Positions 1 to 11,920 of a DNA stretch of 64,000 bases are shown here, piece by piece (within the stretch, counting starts at the first letter, position 1; every line of letters begins with the position of its first letter). The notes beneath the pieces were generated by a model. It worked only from the letters and a program-made list of their open reading frames with translations. It was not told the DNA's origin and ran no database searches. Position numbers and translations under genes: made by a program. This DNA comes from Felis catus (lineage: Eukaryota): positions 10,974,001-11,038,000 of the forward strand of contig NC_058368.1 in NCBI RefSeq assembly GCF_018350175.1, in the 5' to 3' direction.

Positions 1-2640
1 CCTATGTAAAATAAAATCATTAAAAATGTACAAAAGGACTCTCCTTACTGGTTTTGATTTTAAACATTTTAATTTCATCCATATTTATAACTTGGCATTT
101 TTCTTAGGAAAAAAATTAATATTCACCTGGTGTTAAAGAAAAATATACCCTTGTTTTATTGTGAGCTTGTACACTTGTATCTATTTATTATATCCAAAGC
201 ATGTTGGGTTTATTATTATTCAAAATGTGTCTAAGTTCCTAGTCTTTCTTAAAGAATTTTGATAAACTTCTGAGAATAAGAGTTAGAATTTGAAATTATT
301 TTTGTTTTCTGAGAAATTGGTTTTAGGTTTCTAAAATACTCAGTTTTCATTAAATGAACTCAATTGAGTATTTTTAATCTTGAAATAAAATGCAGTTATT
401 TATGAACAATTATTTACAAACTTCTAACAAATAGAAGATTTTTAAAGTATTTCAGTTTTAGTTTGAATTTGAAATACTAAAATTTTCTTCAGATTATTTT
501 AAAGTATTAACCTAATACAGTTAGCATGATTTTTATTTTGCATTTTAATCTCCTTTACATAAAAATTTAAGTTATCATTTAAGTGTTGCCTTATGTGTTT
601 CTTAAAGACAAGGAATATATGAACTCACTTGACATGAAATATGTTTGTGGAGAGCAGTCTATTTCTTTGATTTAGGGTCTTCCTTCAATTTATATCCTAT
701 GCACATCTGTAATATTAAATTTTATATGATTTTTAAGAATAAAAGTTAAAAAGAAGGTTCTTGGATCCAATACACTTTGTAGAGGTAATCTGTACCCTTA
801 ATTCCTTACTGTACAGGAATTGCAATATAGTTAACCAGTTTTAATAGAATATATGGTATAAAATATATATATGGTATAAAGGATATGTATAAAATATAAA
901 GTATAGTATTGCTTGTGGTGATACATTTAATTGACTTTGTGAACAAAATTTTTATGAGATGAAAAACATCTATTACTGAAATAGTGTTTTAAGGTTTACC
1001 ATAACGTAATGGTGTTCTTTAAACTAAAAAAGAAAGGAAAGAAATTTTAAAGAGATGATTTGGGTTTATTTCTAAGCAAATGCCATGTTTCAGATCCACA
1101 GTCCAACCTGATAAATATTTTCATTGTAATTCCTTGGAAATTTTTATTTTCCAATTGACCTTTCATTTCAATTGCTAGTTTAACCCTTTCTTTTTAACAT
1201 TATTTTCAAAGCTAGACATGTTAATCCTTTGATATCTTATTCCTATTTATAAAGATAATTATCATTTGCTATATAATTAGTGGAAGGTTTCACAATAAAA
1301 TTATAGACAGTTAAAGTAGTTCGGCTATAATAAAGAAAATCATCCGGAATTATATAAGAGCACAGATTGCTTCTTAAATTTACATAAATAGGTGTCATAA
1401 TTTTTTAGGTCAGACCTAAACAAAAGGAAAAGGCAGACATTATGTTTTACCTTTTCTCTTCTGGCCATCATCACCCTTGAGTGTCTAAGGGACTAGTGAT
1501 ATTGGCTAACAAGCTACAGACATTAACTGATGAGTAAAGATAACATATCTTATTATAACTTTGTACATGTATTTTATCATCAATTTATTCACTGGGTATC
1601 CTTGTTAATCAGACTCAAGCCACCTCCTCCCCAACAAGTTTTTTGTGGATTAATTACGGATAATATTACAAACCGAAAACATGGGTTTATATGAGAAATT
1701 AAAAGCATAAAGTGCCCACAATGCTACTGGGTAACTCTAGGTTGCTAGCTACTCAAAAAATTTGCTAACCTTCAAAAAATGAAGTCATTGAAAACAGGGG
1801 CCTAACATTTTGAAGTGAGCAGTATTTGACTGCCCCCTAATGGACAAGTTCAAAGCTCGCGTTGGATGCTCCTTTTTCTAAGAAATGTCGCTTCTACTTG
1901 GTTGCTGTCACTTGAGAAAAGGTTCTCCAACTAAATTTTAATTTCACACAATTACATCATGCTGCCGGTAGCTGTGAAAATCTATTATATTGCAGGCCAG
2001 TCATACAGAGAGGCTACATGGGCACCACTAATGAAAAAGAAACTTACCTGAATGGAGCCCTCTGTGAGGAAGACAGAAAATACCAGAAAACCAGAAGCGA
2101 AAGCTATTTGAGATGTGTTCTCTCTAAAGGCACTAACCAAATACATCTTGCAACAGATGTTTATTCATTTGTTTATCTTATTGTAAATAAATATGACCAG
2201 GTATATCAAGAGTTTTAAGGACTCTTAATTGAACTAACAAAATTGGCTGTCGCCTGAATTTTAGAGACAAAATTGGTTTGCCTTCAAATCAGTTAGTTTT
2301 GAAAAATGCCACACTTTTGTCCTAGAAAACTGTAGCCTGAAAAAAATTCAACTAATTAGAATAGTTTTTGTGTCCATAATTATATAATGATAAACGCACA
2401 GCATTTTTAGGAACGTATGTATATCTTAAATGCATACGTTTAAGAACCTATTACTTGTTTGGTAAACATATAACTTAATGTTTATCAGAAAAAATTAATG
2501 TGCTTGTTTTACATGAGAAATAGTAGGGAATTACCTGAAAACAAAAAATACACCTGTCTTCTCTGCTTTACTCACACACATCAATTTCTCACCCCACACT
2601 TCCAATCATTGAGTACATCTGGATAAACACTAAGTTTTCT

Positions 2641-2830
2641 GGGTGCCTGGGTTGCTCAGTCACTTAAGCATCTGTCTTGGGCTTAGGTCATGATCTCATG
2701 GTTCGTGAGTTCAGGCCCCAAGCTGACAGCTGAACTAGCTTCGGATCCTCTGTTCCCCTCTCCCTCTGCCCCTCCCTGTCTTGTGCGCTCTCTCTCTCCC
2801 TCTCTCAAAAATAAATAAACATGAAAAAAT
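2641..2830 (+). mobile_element. Can-SINE (SINEC), diverged
   Basis: gggtgcctgggttgctcagt tRNA-derived head, (CT)n tract, aaaataaataaac tail. Confidence 0.85.
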
Positions 2831-3729
2831 CCTTTTAAAATTAAGCTTGCAGTAATTTCAACTGTGTTAAATACCTCGGAACGTGCTCCCAAATCAAAAT
2901 GAAATGGTTGCTTTAATGCTCGCGTGGTTCGATAAACTTTTGAATGTTGTAAGATTAGAAAGGAATTGCAGTAGAAGAATTAACTTTATTACCAAGTAAA
3001 AAGCCTTGAGATTGATAAAATGGTAGACCACTTGTCTTAGGTTACTCTTCCTTTGCACTCTTCTGGCTTCCATCCTTACCTCTTTTCCTCTTTAGGCCTC
3101 TCTCTTCCCCCTGAGTCCCCCACCCACCCACCCCCACCGGTGCTCCTTTCTTAGATTCATCTCCTGACACACTTAACTCCTTCTCCTCCCCTTTGCACAC
3201 ATCTGTCTCAGACGCCCTCCTGGCCTCTCTGGCTGCTGTTTCTCCCTCTTCCCTCCTCACTGTGGTCTTTTCCAGGTTTCCTGGCCTCTGAGACCTCTTC
3301 TGTCTTGTCTTCCTGCCTCCACTTTCCAACTCTCTTACTCTTTGAGTGCTTACCTTCTCCAACTCAAGCTTCATGCTTTTCCCATTTCATGCTCCCTAAT
3401 TCCCATATCTGCTCCACTTTGACTGTTAGCATCCGCCTTGTCATTTCCCCTTGGAATCCAACTGCCCCTCGGTTTCCTCCTTTCCCGGGTATTCCTCACC
3501 TTTGATGGCCTCTTGTCATTCTTGAGCTTCCTCTCCAGGTCTTCTTGTATCTGTCTTGTTCCTCTTGAGACCCTGGTCCCCTTTCTGTTATTTGTGTCTA
3601 GCCCCAGCGTCTCCCGGCCTGGCCAGCAGTCATCATTTCTGTTGCTCAGATTGCTAGAACATGTGTTCAAACACAAGCAAACATGTACTATATCTTGTTA
3701 TAACTTCAACCCCACCTTGCACTCGTTTG

Positions 3730-4055
3730 GGAGGTCCATGGTGATTTCTCCACAATTCTGAAATGCAGAGAGCTCCAAAAACTGAGAGTTTGAACTCTTT
3801 TGCCAAAAAAAATGTGGTTAGAATTTACCAGAAACTATTTAAGGTCTTCACTTATAAATTTACTGCAAAATGTCATATGTTGTGATATATACATAGATAT
3901 TAATGTGTTTGCTCATGTGATTTTGCCCTAGACCCAGCAGAGAATGTTATGTCATTTATAGCCTAAGTATCATTTAACTTTCTAAACCAAAACAAATGAT
4001 AAATTCTGGAATACATTTCTCCAAACGGTTTCTGTTAAGGCGTTATAGATCTATA
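3730..4055. mobile_element. Probable TcMar-Tigger-type (MER46C-like) DNA transposon remnant
   Basis: Resembles remembered consensus (ccacaattctgaaat...aaggcgttatagatctata); not aligned. Confidence 0.35.
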
Positions 4056-5309
4056 CTAGCCATCACCCTATTCAGATTACCAGCTGTCTGTCCAACATTT
4101 TTCTCACCAGTGGTATATGACTATTTTCTTTGCTCAGGGAAGTTCTGTATTACCAAAATAAGTGTTCGATGAGAGACAAAGAGAGAGATTATTTTAACGA
4201 ATTCTCCCTTTCTGTGGTTCTGGTTCATTTTTTATTCAATTCGTTCAGATATTTTTTAAATGTTGGTGACTACATTTTCCATTCCAATAATTCCGACTGT
4301 ATTTAAATCTGTCCTGGTTTTATAAACTTCCCTTCTTACTTCACGAAATTATTCCTCCCATTATTTCTTTGGAAAATAAATACAGATTTAAACCGCTTTT
4401 TAAAGCACTATCATCTAATTCCCCAGGTATGAATTCTCCTTTTTTTTTTTGGAGCCCTGCACACTTTCATAAAGTCAGAGGGATTTTTTTCCCCTGCACA
4501 CCTTTGCCTTTGAGGGATCTCAGCATTGCTGCAATGTAGCCCATGGAAGTGTTCAGGTCTGAGCCGGAGTTTATGTTCAGGTTTCAGCGATTTTTACCTC
4601 GTGGGTGACCCAGTTCCAAATCTCATGTCCGGTTTGCAAGGCACCACTGCCGCTTCCACTGCTGACATGGGCAGGGTGATACCCGGTCCTCAACCTTGGG
4701 GGGTCAGACGGAGCCATTTACACTCATCGTCTGGGGCTCAGTCCCAGCACACGCGTCTGCAGGTTCACACAGCTGCTGGCTGGGCTTTCACAGATGGGCT
4801 TGGTGCCCAATCCTCATGCTCAACCAGTCCCAGCTCCCTGCCCACCTTGGGCGGCTAGCTCCTCTCACTCCAGTGACTTTTTCTCTCTTCGCGTACTGTG
4901 GAGAGTTCTCTCTGCTAGGAGCTTGACGTTTTCATGAAGAAACATGATACCCACCTTTTTTGTGTCTATGGAAAAGAGTGTGTTGTGGGGAGCGTATTCG
5001 GAACTTGCTCACAACCTTGATGCAGAAGCTCAGAAAAGAAGGTAGTTTCATTCTTTAGATTTCGCTTTATCAGACGTCGGACCCGAGTGGCCACACACCG
5101 GAGATTTGGGGTCGCGAAGGGAAGTGCCATACAGGTGTAAGGGACTCGGGGAGGGGAGGCAGCAGAGTGTGGCAAGGATGCTAGGTTTAGGATCAGCGGA
5201 ACTGTGTTCAAGTCGCTGCCTTATCCTCACTGGCCTTTGGCCCTCAACATACCAAATAACCCCTTAGCCTCAGCCATATTGGTGTGATTGTCAGTGTCTA
5301 AGACCCATT

Positions 5310-5460
5310 TGTGATGACGTTAAAGAACTAGATTCTAGGATGCCACCCCCCAGTAGATTCAACAGGTCTAGGCTGGGCCACAGGGCTCTGCGCAGTATAG
5401 AAGCAACCCAGGTGTTCTGATAAACCTGCCCTATGGATCGCATCTCTGGGAACACTGATA
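5310..5460. mobile_element. MER5-like hAT-Charlie remnant
   Basis: caggtctaggctgggcc...cccaggtgttctgat...tgggaacactg pattern. Confidence 0.5.
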
Positions 5461-6030
5461 TTACATTAGCACATCAAAATATAAGTAGGCTTTTCTCCTA
5501 TAAGATATGCTCATTCCTTGCTAATTCTTTGTTCACATCAGGATGTTCATTGGGCTTACCTGCATTATTTTACATATTAATTCAACCTGAATTTTTTTTT
5601 TCATTTTGAGGATGATAAGAGCCAATTAAATATTTGGCAAGGGAATAGCTGAACATATGTTGTCTAATTATCAATACACAGCCTCTTAATGGATAATATG
5701 ATTCGAGAAAGTATAATTAATATGCAAGTTTAGCTGTAAAGTAGTCAATGTTACCACTCCTTTTTTTTTTTTTTTTTTTGAAAGAAACCCTAAACCTATG
5801 ATACAAGTGGCTAGGGAGACATCTCTTCTGATTTAGAGTAAGATCCTCTTTTTCATTCGTCACCTGGCTTTCATTATCCACATCCCCGTGGATATCCACG
5901 TCCACGTTTCATTATCCACGTCCAGCCAGTGGACACTGGGCCAGTCATTTGCCTGTAGGAGGACAAGAGTCCTATTTTAGGGACCTCTCCTCACTCCCTC
6001 CCTCCCCTCGTTTCACCCACCTCTCCGGGG

Positions 6031-6231
6031 TTTTTGTAAGTGTTTATTTATTTTTGAAAGAGAGAGAGAGCGCGCACAAGCAGGGGCGGGGCAGGGAAAG
6101 GGAGACAGAAGATCTGAAGCGGGTTCCACGCTGACAGCAGCGAGCCCGATGTGGGGCTCGAACTCCTGAACTGTAAGATCATGACCTGAGCTGAAGATGC
6201 ACGCTCAAGTGACTGAGCCACCCAGGCACAC
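6031..6231 (-). mobile_element. Can-SINE (SINEC)
   Basis: tttatttatttttga(ga)n...gagccacccaggcac is the reverse complement of SINEC. Confidence 0.88.
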
Positions 6232-6500
6232 TTCTGTCTTAGTCACACGTTTGCCTGAGAGTTTCTTTCTCAACCAGATAGGCTAAAAATAGTATATTTA
6301 TTACTGTAGATATTTGTACTCTTAATTTTCTTTCATGTAAATTCATGAAATATAAGAAATTCAAAAGATATGGATTCACTTCCATGCTTCTTTTGAGGGC
6401 CACTGCAAAGATATTCCTTCAAAAGTCTTAACTTCTGTGTGGGAGTGAGATGAGAGAGTCTTTAGGTAAACTCACTTACAGTTAAGAAAAGGATAATCCA

Positions 6501-6725
6501 GGGGCGCCTGGGTGGCGCAGTCGGTTAAGCGTCCGACTTCAGCCAGGTCACGATCTCGCGGTCCGTGAGTTCGAGCCCCTCGTCGGGCTCTGGGCTGATG
6601 GCTCGGAGCCTGGAGCCTGTTTCCGATCCTGTGTCTCCCTCTCTCTCTCTGCCCCTCCCCCGTTCATGCTCTGTCTCTCTCTGTCCCAAAAATAAATAAA
6701 CGTTGGAAAAAAAATTTTTTTTAAA
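6501..6725 (+). mobile_element. Young feline SINEC_Fc with 17-bp TSD
   Basis: CpG-intact ggggcgcctgggtggcgcagtcggttaagcgtccgacttc; TSD aagaaaaggataatcca at 6484-6500 and 6726-6742. Confidence 0.95.
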
Positions 6726-8272
6726 AAGAAAAGGATAATCCATGCTGAGTGTTAGTGAAAAACTCTGTTTCCTCATTCAGAAACCATTCCTTTATGGCTG
6801 TTTCCCATTCCCCACTTACAAATGCCGCTCTTACTCTAATTAATGCTAAAATTATCTACTTGGAAAAGTAAGTTGCCCTCACTAAGAGCACAGGGTTTTG
6901 CAAATGCAGTGTGATTTTTGTCCATTGTCTGAGTGAATTGCAAGAGTTTTGTAAAGAACAAAGCATGAGGAAATTCCTCGTACTATAACCTGATTCCCAG
7001 ACGTAGAGCATATACTGTAATAAGCCAATGTGGACCACCTTACCCCAACATACATAGAATCTACCTGGAAATTAGGAGACACCGGACCATGTCTCCTCTT
7101 CCATGGTAGGTAACTTTAAGCAAAAATGCCAACATGAAAAAACCCCTGAAGTACTGATATTAGATAAATGAGAAAAGAGAAATGAACATAAAGCTTCTAC
7201 ATGCGCCTAACCCACATGGATGGCATATGTACATGTACACTCAAGTTTGGCCTACACTTCTGACGTGAAGTAGCTATGTGCCCCCCACCCCACATACAGG
7301 AATTTAGGGATATGTAGTCCAGTTATGGAAACAACATGGCCGCCCCTGAAAATGATAATTCAGTTTGCATAGCGATTTTGAGGCATATAGTATGTGCTAA
7401 AAACTGAAAACTTTGTTAGGCAGTGAGAGAATCAAAACTGGTAAAGTAAGTTCCTCTCCATAAGAGGGGCACAATATACTACGGGATAAAGGAAGATATC
7501 TATAATAAAGTGTATATACATATATATATACACTTTATTAGAGGTATATAATATATATCTATATATAATATAGATATAAAAATATGTGTTATATTTTATA
7601 ATCATAAAATGTCATAAATACTACAATAGGGATATGCGTAAGGTGCTTTGGGAAGGTTCATACTTCGGAACAACTTTGGAGGGGATCCTGAAAGTTCTCA
7701 CAGAAATGACTTTCGTAACGGGTGTGAAGAGTGAGGAAGTGAACCAGGAGAGAAATGGCGTTTCAGAGGCAGAGAACAGCACAGGCTGAAGGAAGAGGCC
7801 TCCGTGTCTTATTACCTCAAGTGTCAGGGCCGCCAGGAGCGTGTTCCTGACAGAGTACGCAGCAATTCTAAAAAGTAAAGGAGAAGCATTCTCTGCCTGT
7901 GCTTGATCTGAAACCGCTTTGAATGATTTAGTTCGCTCATTTGCAGAACTCTATTGTATGCCGCCGATAAATACGCCATACTTTTTATCTATCTTATTTG
8001 TCAAGGATGGTTGGGTGGTTTCCAGTTTGGGGCTGTTACGAAGAATGCTTCCGTGAATATTCTTGTCTGAGTCTCTTGGTGCACATGTGCGTGCATTTCT
8101 GTGGGCACAAGCCTACAAGTAAAACTGCAGACTCGTCAGGTTTTTAAGGCTTCGACTTTACCAGACAATGCCAAATGGCTTCCCAAAGCAGTCGCTCGAA
8201 GGAGCACCCTACTAGTGTGTGAGAGTTTGCACAGCCTCACATCCCCACCAAATAGTTTATGATGGTATTGTG

Positions 8273-8311
8273 TTTTTTTTTAGGTTTATTTCTTTATTTG
8301 GGGGAGGGAGG

Positions 8312-8348
<37 letters not shown>

Positions 8349-8478
8349 AGAGAATCCCAAGCAGGCTCCATGCGCAGTGCAGAGCCCCATACGGGGCTTG
8401 ATCTCACAACCTCAAGATCATGAACTGAGCCAAAAACAAGAGTCCCATGTTTATCCAACTGAGCCACCCAGGTGCCCC
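8273..8478 (-). mobile_element. Can-SINE (SINEC)
   Basis: (GA)n...gagccacccaggtgcccc. Confidence 0.88.
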
Positions 8479-8708
8479 AGTGGCTTTTTTTTTTAATTAT
8501 AGCCATACTGGTAACCTGTAGTAATATTTCTTGTAGTTTTCATTTGCATTTCCCTGCTAACTAATTAGATTGAATATCTTTTCAAATGTGTTTTTGGCCA
8601 TTGGTATATCTGCTTTTGTTATGTGTCTGTTCAGTCTCTTGTTCATTTTCTATTTATTGTTCCTATTGTCCTCATTATTTTGTAGGACCTCTCTCCCCCC
8701 GCTCCCCT

Positions 8709-8710
<2 letters not shown>

Positions 8711-8748
<38 letters not shown>

Positions 8749-8778
8749 TCACGCACACATGCACGCACTCACACACAT
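8711..8778. repeat. (CA)n microsatellite with imperfect tail
   Basis: Read directly. Confidence 0.95.
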
Positions 8779-8835
8779 ATTCTAATTATAAACTTTCTGA
8801 AACATCTACTCTGGAGCTTGCCTTTAAACTTTCTT

Positions 8836-9560
8836 TTTTCTTAATTAAAAAATGTCTTTTAAGGTTTATTTAAATCCAAGATAGTTAACATATAGTGCAG
8901 TAATTGTTTCAGGAGTGGAATTTAGTGATTAATCACTTATATATAACACTCAGTGCTCATCCCAACAAGTGTACTCCTTAATCTCCATCACCCATTTAGC
9001 CCATACCCACCCAACACCCTGCCAGCAACCCCTCAGTTTGTTCTCTACATTTAAAAGTCTCTTATGGTTCATCTGTCTCCCTGTTTTTATCTTATTTTTC
9101 CTTCCCTTTCCCTATGTCCATTTGTTTTGCTTCTTAAATTCCACATAGGAGTGAAATCATGTGAAATTTATCTTTCTCTGATGACTTACTTCGCTTAGAA
9201 TAATACGTTGTTTCCAATGGCAAGATTTCATTCTATTTGATTGCTGAGTAATATTCCATTGTGTGTGTGTATATATACCACATCCTTCTTTATCCACGGA
9301 CATTTGGGCTCTTTCCATAATTTGGCTATCGTTGGTGGTGCTGCTATAAACATTGGCGTGCATGTGCCTCTTTGAATCAGCATTTTTGTATCCTTTGGAT
9401 AAATACCTAGTAGTGCAATTGCTGGGATGCAGGGTAGTTCTATTTTTAATTTGTTGACGAACAGCCATACCGTTCTCCAGAGTGGCTGCACCAGTTTGCA
9501 TTCCCACCAGCAGTACAAAAGTGTTCCCCTGTCTCCATATCTTTGCCAACATCTGTTGTT
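8836..9560 (-). mobile_element. 5'-truncated carnivore L1 (ORF2 C-terminus plus 3'UTR)
   Basis: ORF 9228..9518(-) [16 protein letters not shown]...[11 protein letters not shown]...CTPMFIAA is the L1 ORF2p cysteine-rich C-terminus. Confidence 0.92.
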
Positions 9561-11229
9561 TCTGAAACATCTTCTACTCTATAGCTTGCCTTTACACTTT
9601 CTTAATGGTTTCTTTTTTCTTTTCTTTTCAATAGAACTTATTAATTTAATATAACCTAATTTAGCTCTTTCCTATATGATTAATGTTTTTGTTCTCTATT
9701 TTTTGTATTCTCCTTAAAATCTCTACCCCAAAGTCATAAAGACTTTTTCCTATATTATCATCCAGAAACTCTATTGTTTTACCTTGGGTATTTAAATATA
9801 ATTTACCTAGAAGTGCCCATCCCCAACCACTGCTCTGTAGTGCTACTTGTTTGTAAATTAATGTTCACATCTGTCTGTCTTTTTCTGAAGTTTCTATTCC
9901 ATTCGGCTGGTCTATTGTTCACCCTTTGCCCCAATATTCACTCTTTGCCCGAATTATTGTACCATCATAATAGGTCTTAGTTTACAGATAAGTTCTCTTG
10001 CTTTGTTCTCCTGCTTCCAAACTGACCTGACTCTTCTTGTCCTTCTAGAAATATATTACTCATTTTAGAAAACTTATTCATTTCTACACAGTGTACATGC
10101 ACATTCCTGGATTTCTATTGTAATTGCTTTGAAACTGTAGATCAATTGGGCGAAAGAATTAACATCTTTAAAATATTGTCTCCATTTATTTAAGTTTTTA
10201 ATGTCACTCAGTAATTTTATATACTTTGCATAAATGTCTTGCAGATTGTTGTTAAATTTATTCCCAAATATATGACACTGTTGATGCTATAGTAAAAGGC
10301 ATTTTTTTAATTTTATTGTCTAATCATTTGTTGCTGACATACAGAAATGACTTTGATTTTCAGAAAGCTTGCTAGATTTACTAGTCCTAACAATTAATTA
10401 TCTTGGATTTTTATGTTCACATTCATATTATTCATAAATGATGACAGTTTTATTTCTTCTTCAATATTTAAACCATTGATTTACTTGCCTTGTCTCACTA
10501 CATTTGTAAGTCTCCCAGTACAATGTTGAATAGATGTGGTATAGTGGACATTGCTATCCTGTTCCCAATCTCAAAGGGAAAGCCTTCAAAAATCCACCAT
10601 CAAGCATATTCTATACTGTTGGCTTTTATAGATATCCTTTATTAAATCAAGCAAGTTACCTTCTATTTTTAGTTTGCATAGTTATTTTCAAGTCAGAACC
10701 TGATAGATCCATCTCTGGAGTCCCTGTCATAAGCAAAGTTAATGACGAATGGCAGACCAGGAGAAAATATTTGTGAGTTATAGACCAGAGGGTTAAGCTC
10801 TCTAAAGAATTCCGGTAACATTGCCAGATTTGATTTTCTCACACACAGTTCCAAACACTGTGTTCCGGGCCACTGCTGTCAGGAATGAAAGTTTCACCAG
10901 TCCAGGAGCATAAATAAGTATTTTTCATAAAGCTAAGTATATTCCTTTTAAAGGACTTTCTTTTTTCCTGTGATATGTTTTCTGTAGTTTTTAATGGTAA
11001 AATAGTATTTTTCTAATAAATCATTATTATAATACATAGTAATTTAGGGTTTTTAAGTTTTTTTCTTATTTGACAAACTAAAATATCAGTAACTTGTTGT
11101 AGGTTCGTCTATATTCTTTAATTGATTTGATGGTCTAAGGAATCTCTGACCAAATGTTTATCAGTAATCTTTAGGGTGTTGACAAAAAGCAAAAAGGAGC
11201 CAGTGCATTGGGAGGGGGGGGTGGGGGAG

Positions 11230-11520
11230 GACCTTTAGAGAATATGGAAGGGGAAGTAAACCAGGGCAGTGAGACATCACAAAGCCATGGGAAAAATGGT
11301 TTCAACTTGGTGGCTGTGGTTAAGCTGTGTCAAATGCTACAAAAAAATTAAGTAAGATGAAGACTATAAAATACCTACTGCATTTAGTAACAAAGAAGAC
11401 ATTAATGGTGCTGATGGGAGACTTTCGGCAGAGCAGCAAGGCCAAAACCAAATGCTGTGGATTGAAGGAAGGCTGGTGAGGAAGTGGAGACATTGCCTTA
11501 TTTGATTTTTCTTGGGAATT
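11230..11520. mobile_element. L2 fragment
   Basis: gtcaaatgctac...aagtaagatgaagacta...atttagtaacaaagaagacatt resembles L2. Confidence 0.5.
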
Positions 11521-11683
11521 TAATTTTGAAGAGAGAAGTGGATTTCAGTTCCACTGTGGATATAGTAGGATTTGGGTTGATGGGTTTGTTGGTTGCTTGC
11601 TTGCTTGATTGGTTTGTTTCTTTGTTTGTTTTGAACATGAGAGATGACTGAATAAAATTAACATCAATTTAAAAACCAGTGGA

Positions 11684-11920
11684 GGGGCACCTGGGTGACT
11701 CAGTTGATTAAGCATTGGACTCTTGATTTTGGCTCAGGTCATGAACCCCGGGTCGTGAGAGTGAGCCCCACATCAGGCTCTGTGCTGAGCATGGAACCTG
11801 CTTAAGATTTTCTCTCTCGCTCGCTCCTTCTGCCTTTCCCCCCTGCTTATACACACTCTCTCTCCAAAATAAAACAAATGGACAAATGGACATTAGAAAT
11901 ATTGTTAACAAAGTAAAATA
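11684..11920 (+). mobile_element. Can-SINE (older SINEC)
   Basis: ggggcacctgggtgactcagt head; imperfect TSD aaaaac(c)agtgga. Confidence 0.88.

Larger units (their letters stand above)
7960..10690 (-). mobile_element. Old L1 (L1M-type) ORF2 remnant, interrupted by a SINE, a (CA)n tract and a younger L1
   Basis: L1 antisense motifs tttccagtttggggctgtt, catttgcatttccctg, ccagtacaatgttgaatag; boundaries approximate. Confidence 0.7.

Noticed and set aside
3042..3761. Overlapping 100-110 aa ORFs on both strands
   Set aside because: Products are low-complexity (E/R/K-rich or L/S/F-rich), arising from a pyrimidine-rich, probably L2-derived tract; no domain recognised.
6501..6600. tRNA genes suggested by A/B-box motifs
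   Set aside because: These are tRNA-derived heads of Can-SINEs, followed by (CT)n, an A-tail and TSDs.
6792..6873. Alternative exon 1 ending at tggaaaa|gtaagt
   Set aside because: The donor looks good, but upstream ATGs give only MLKLSTWK, an early stop or the wrong phase; no signal peptide.
9157..9570. 137-aa and 96-aa minus-strand ORFs as a host gene
   Set aside because: They come from the L1 ORF2 C-terminal region.
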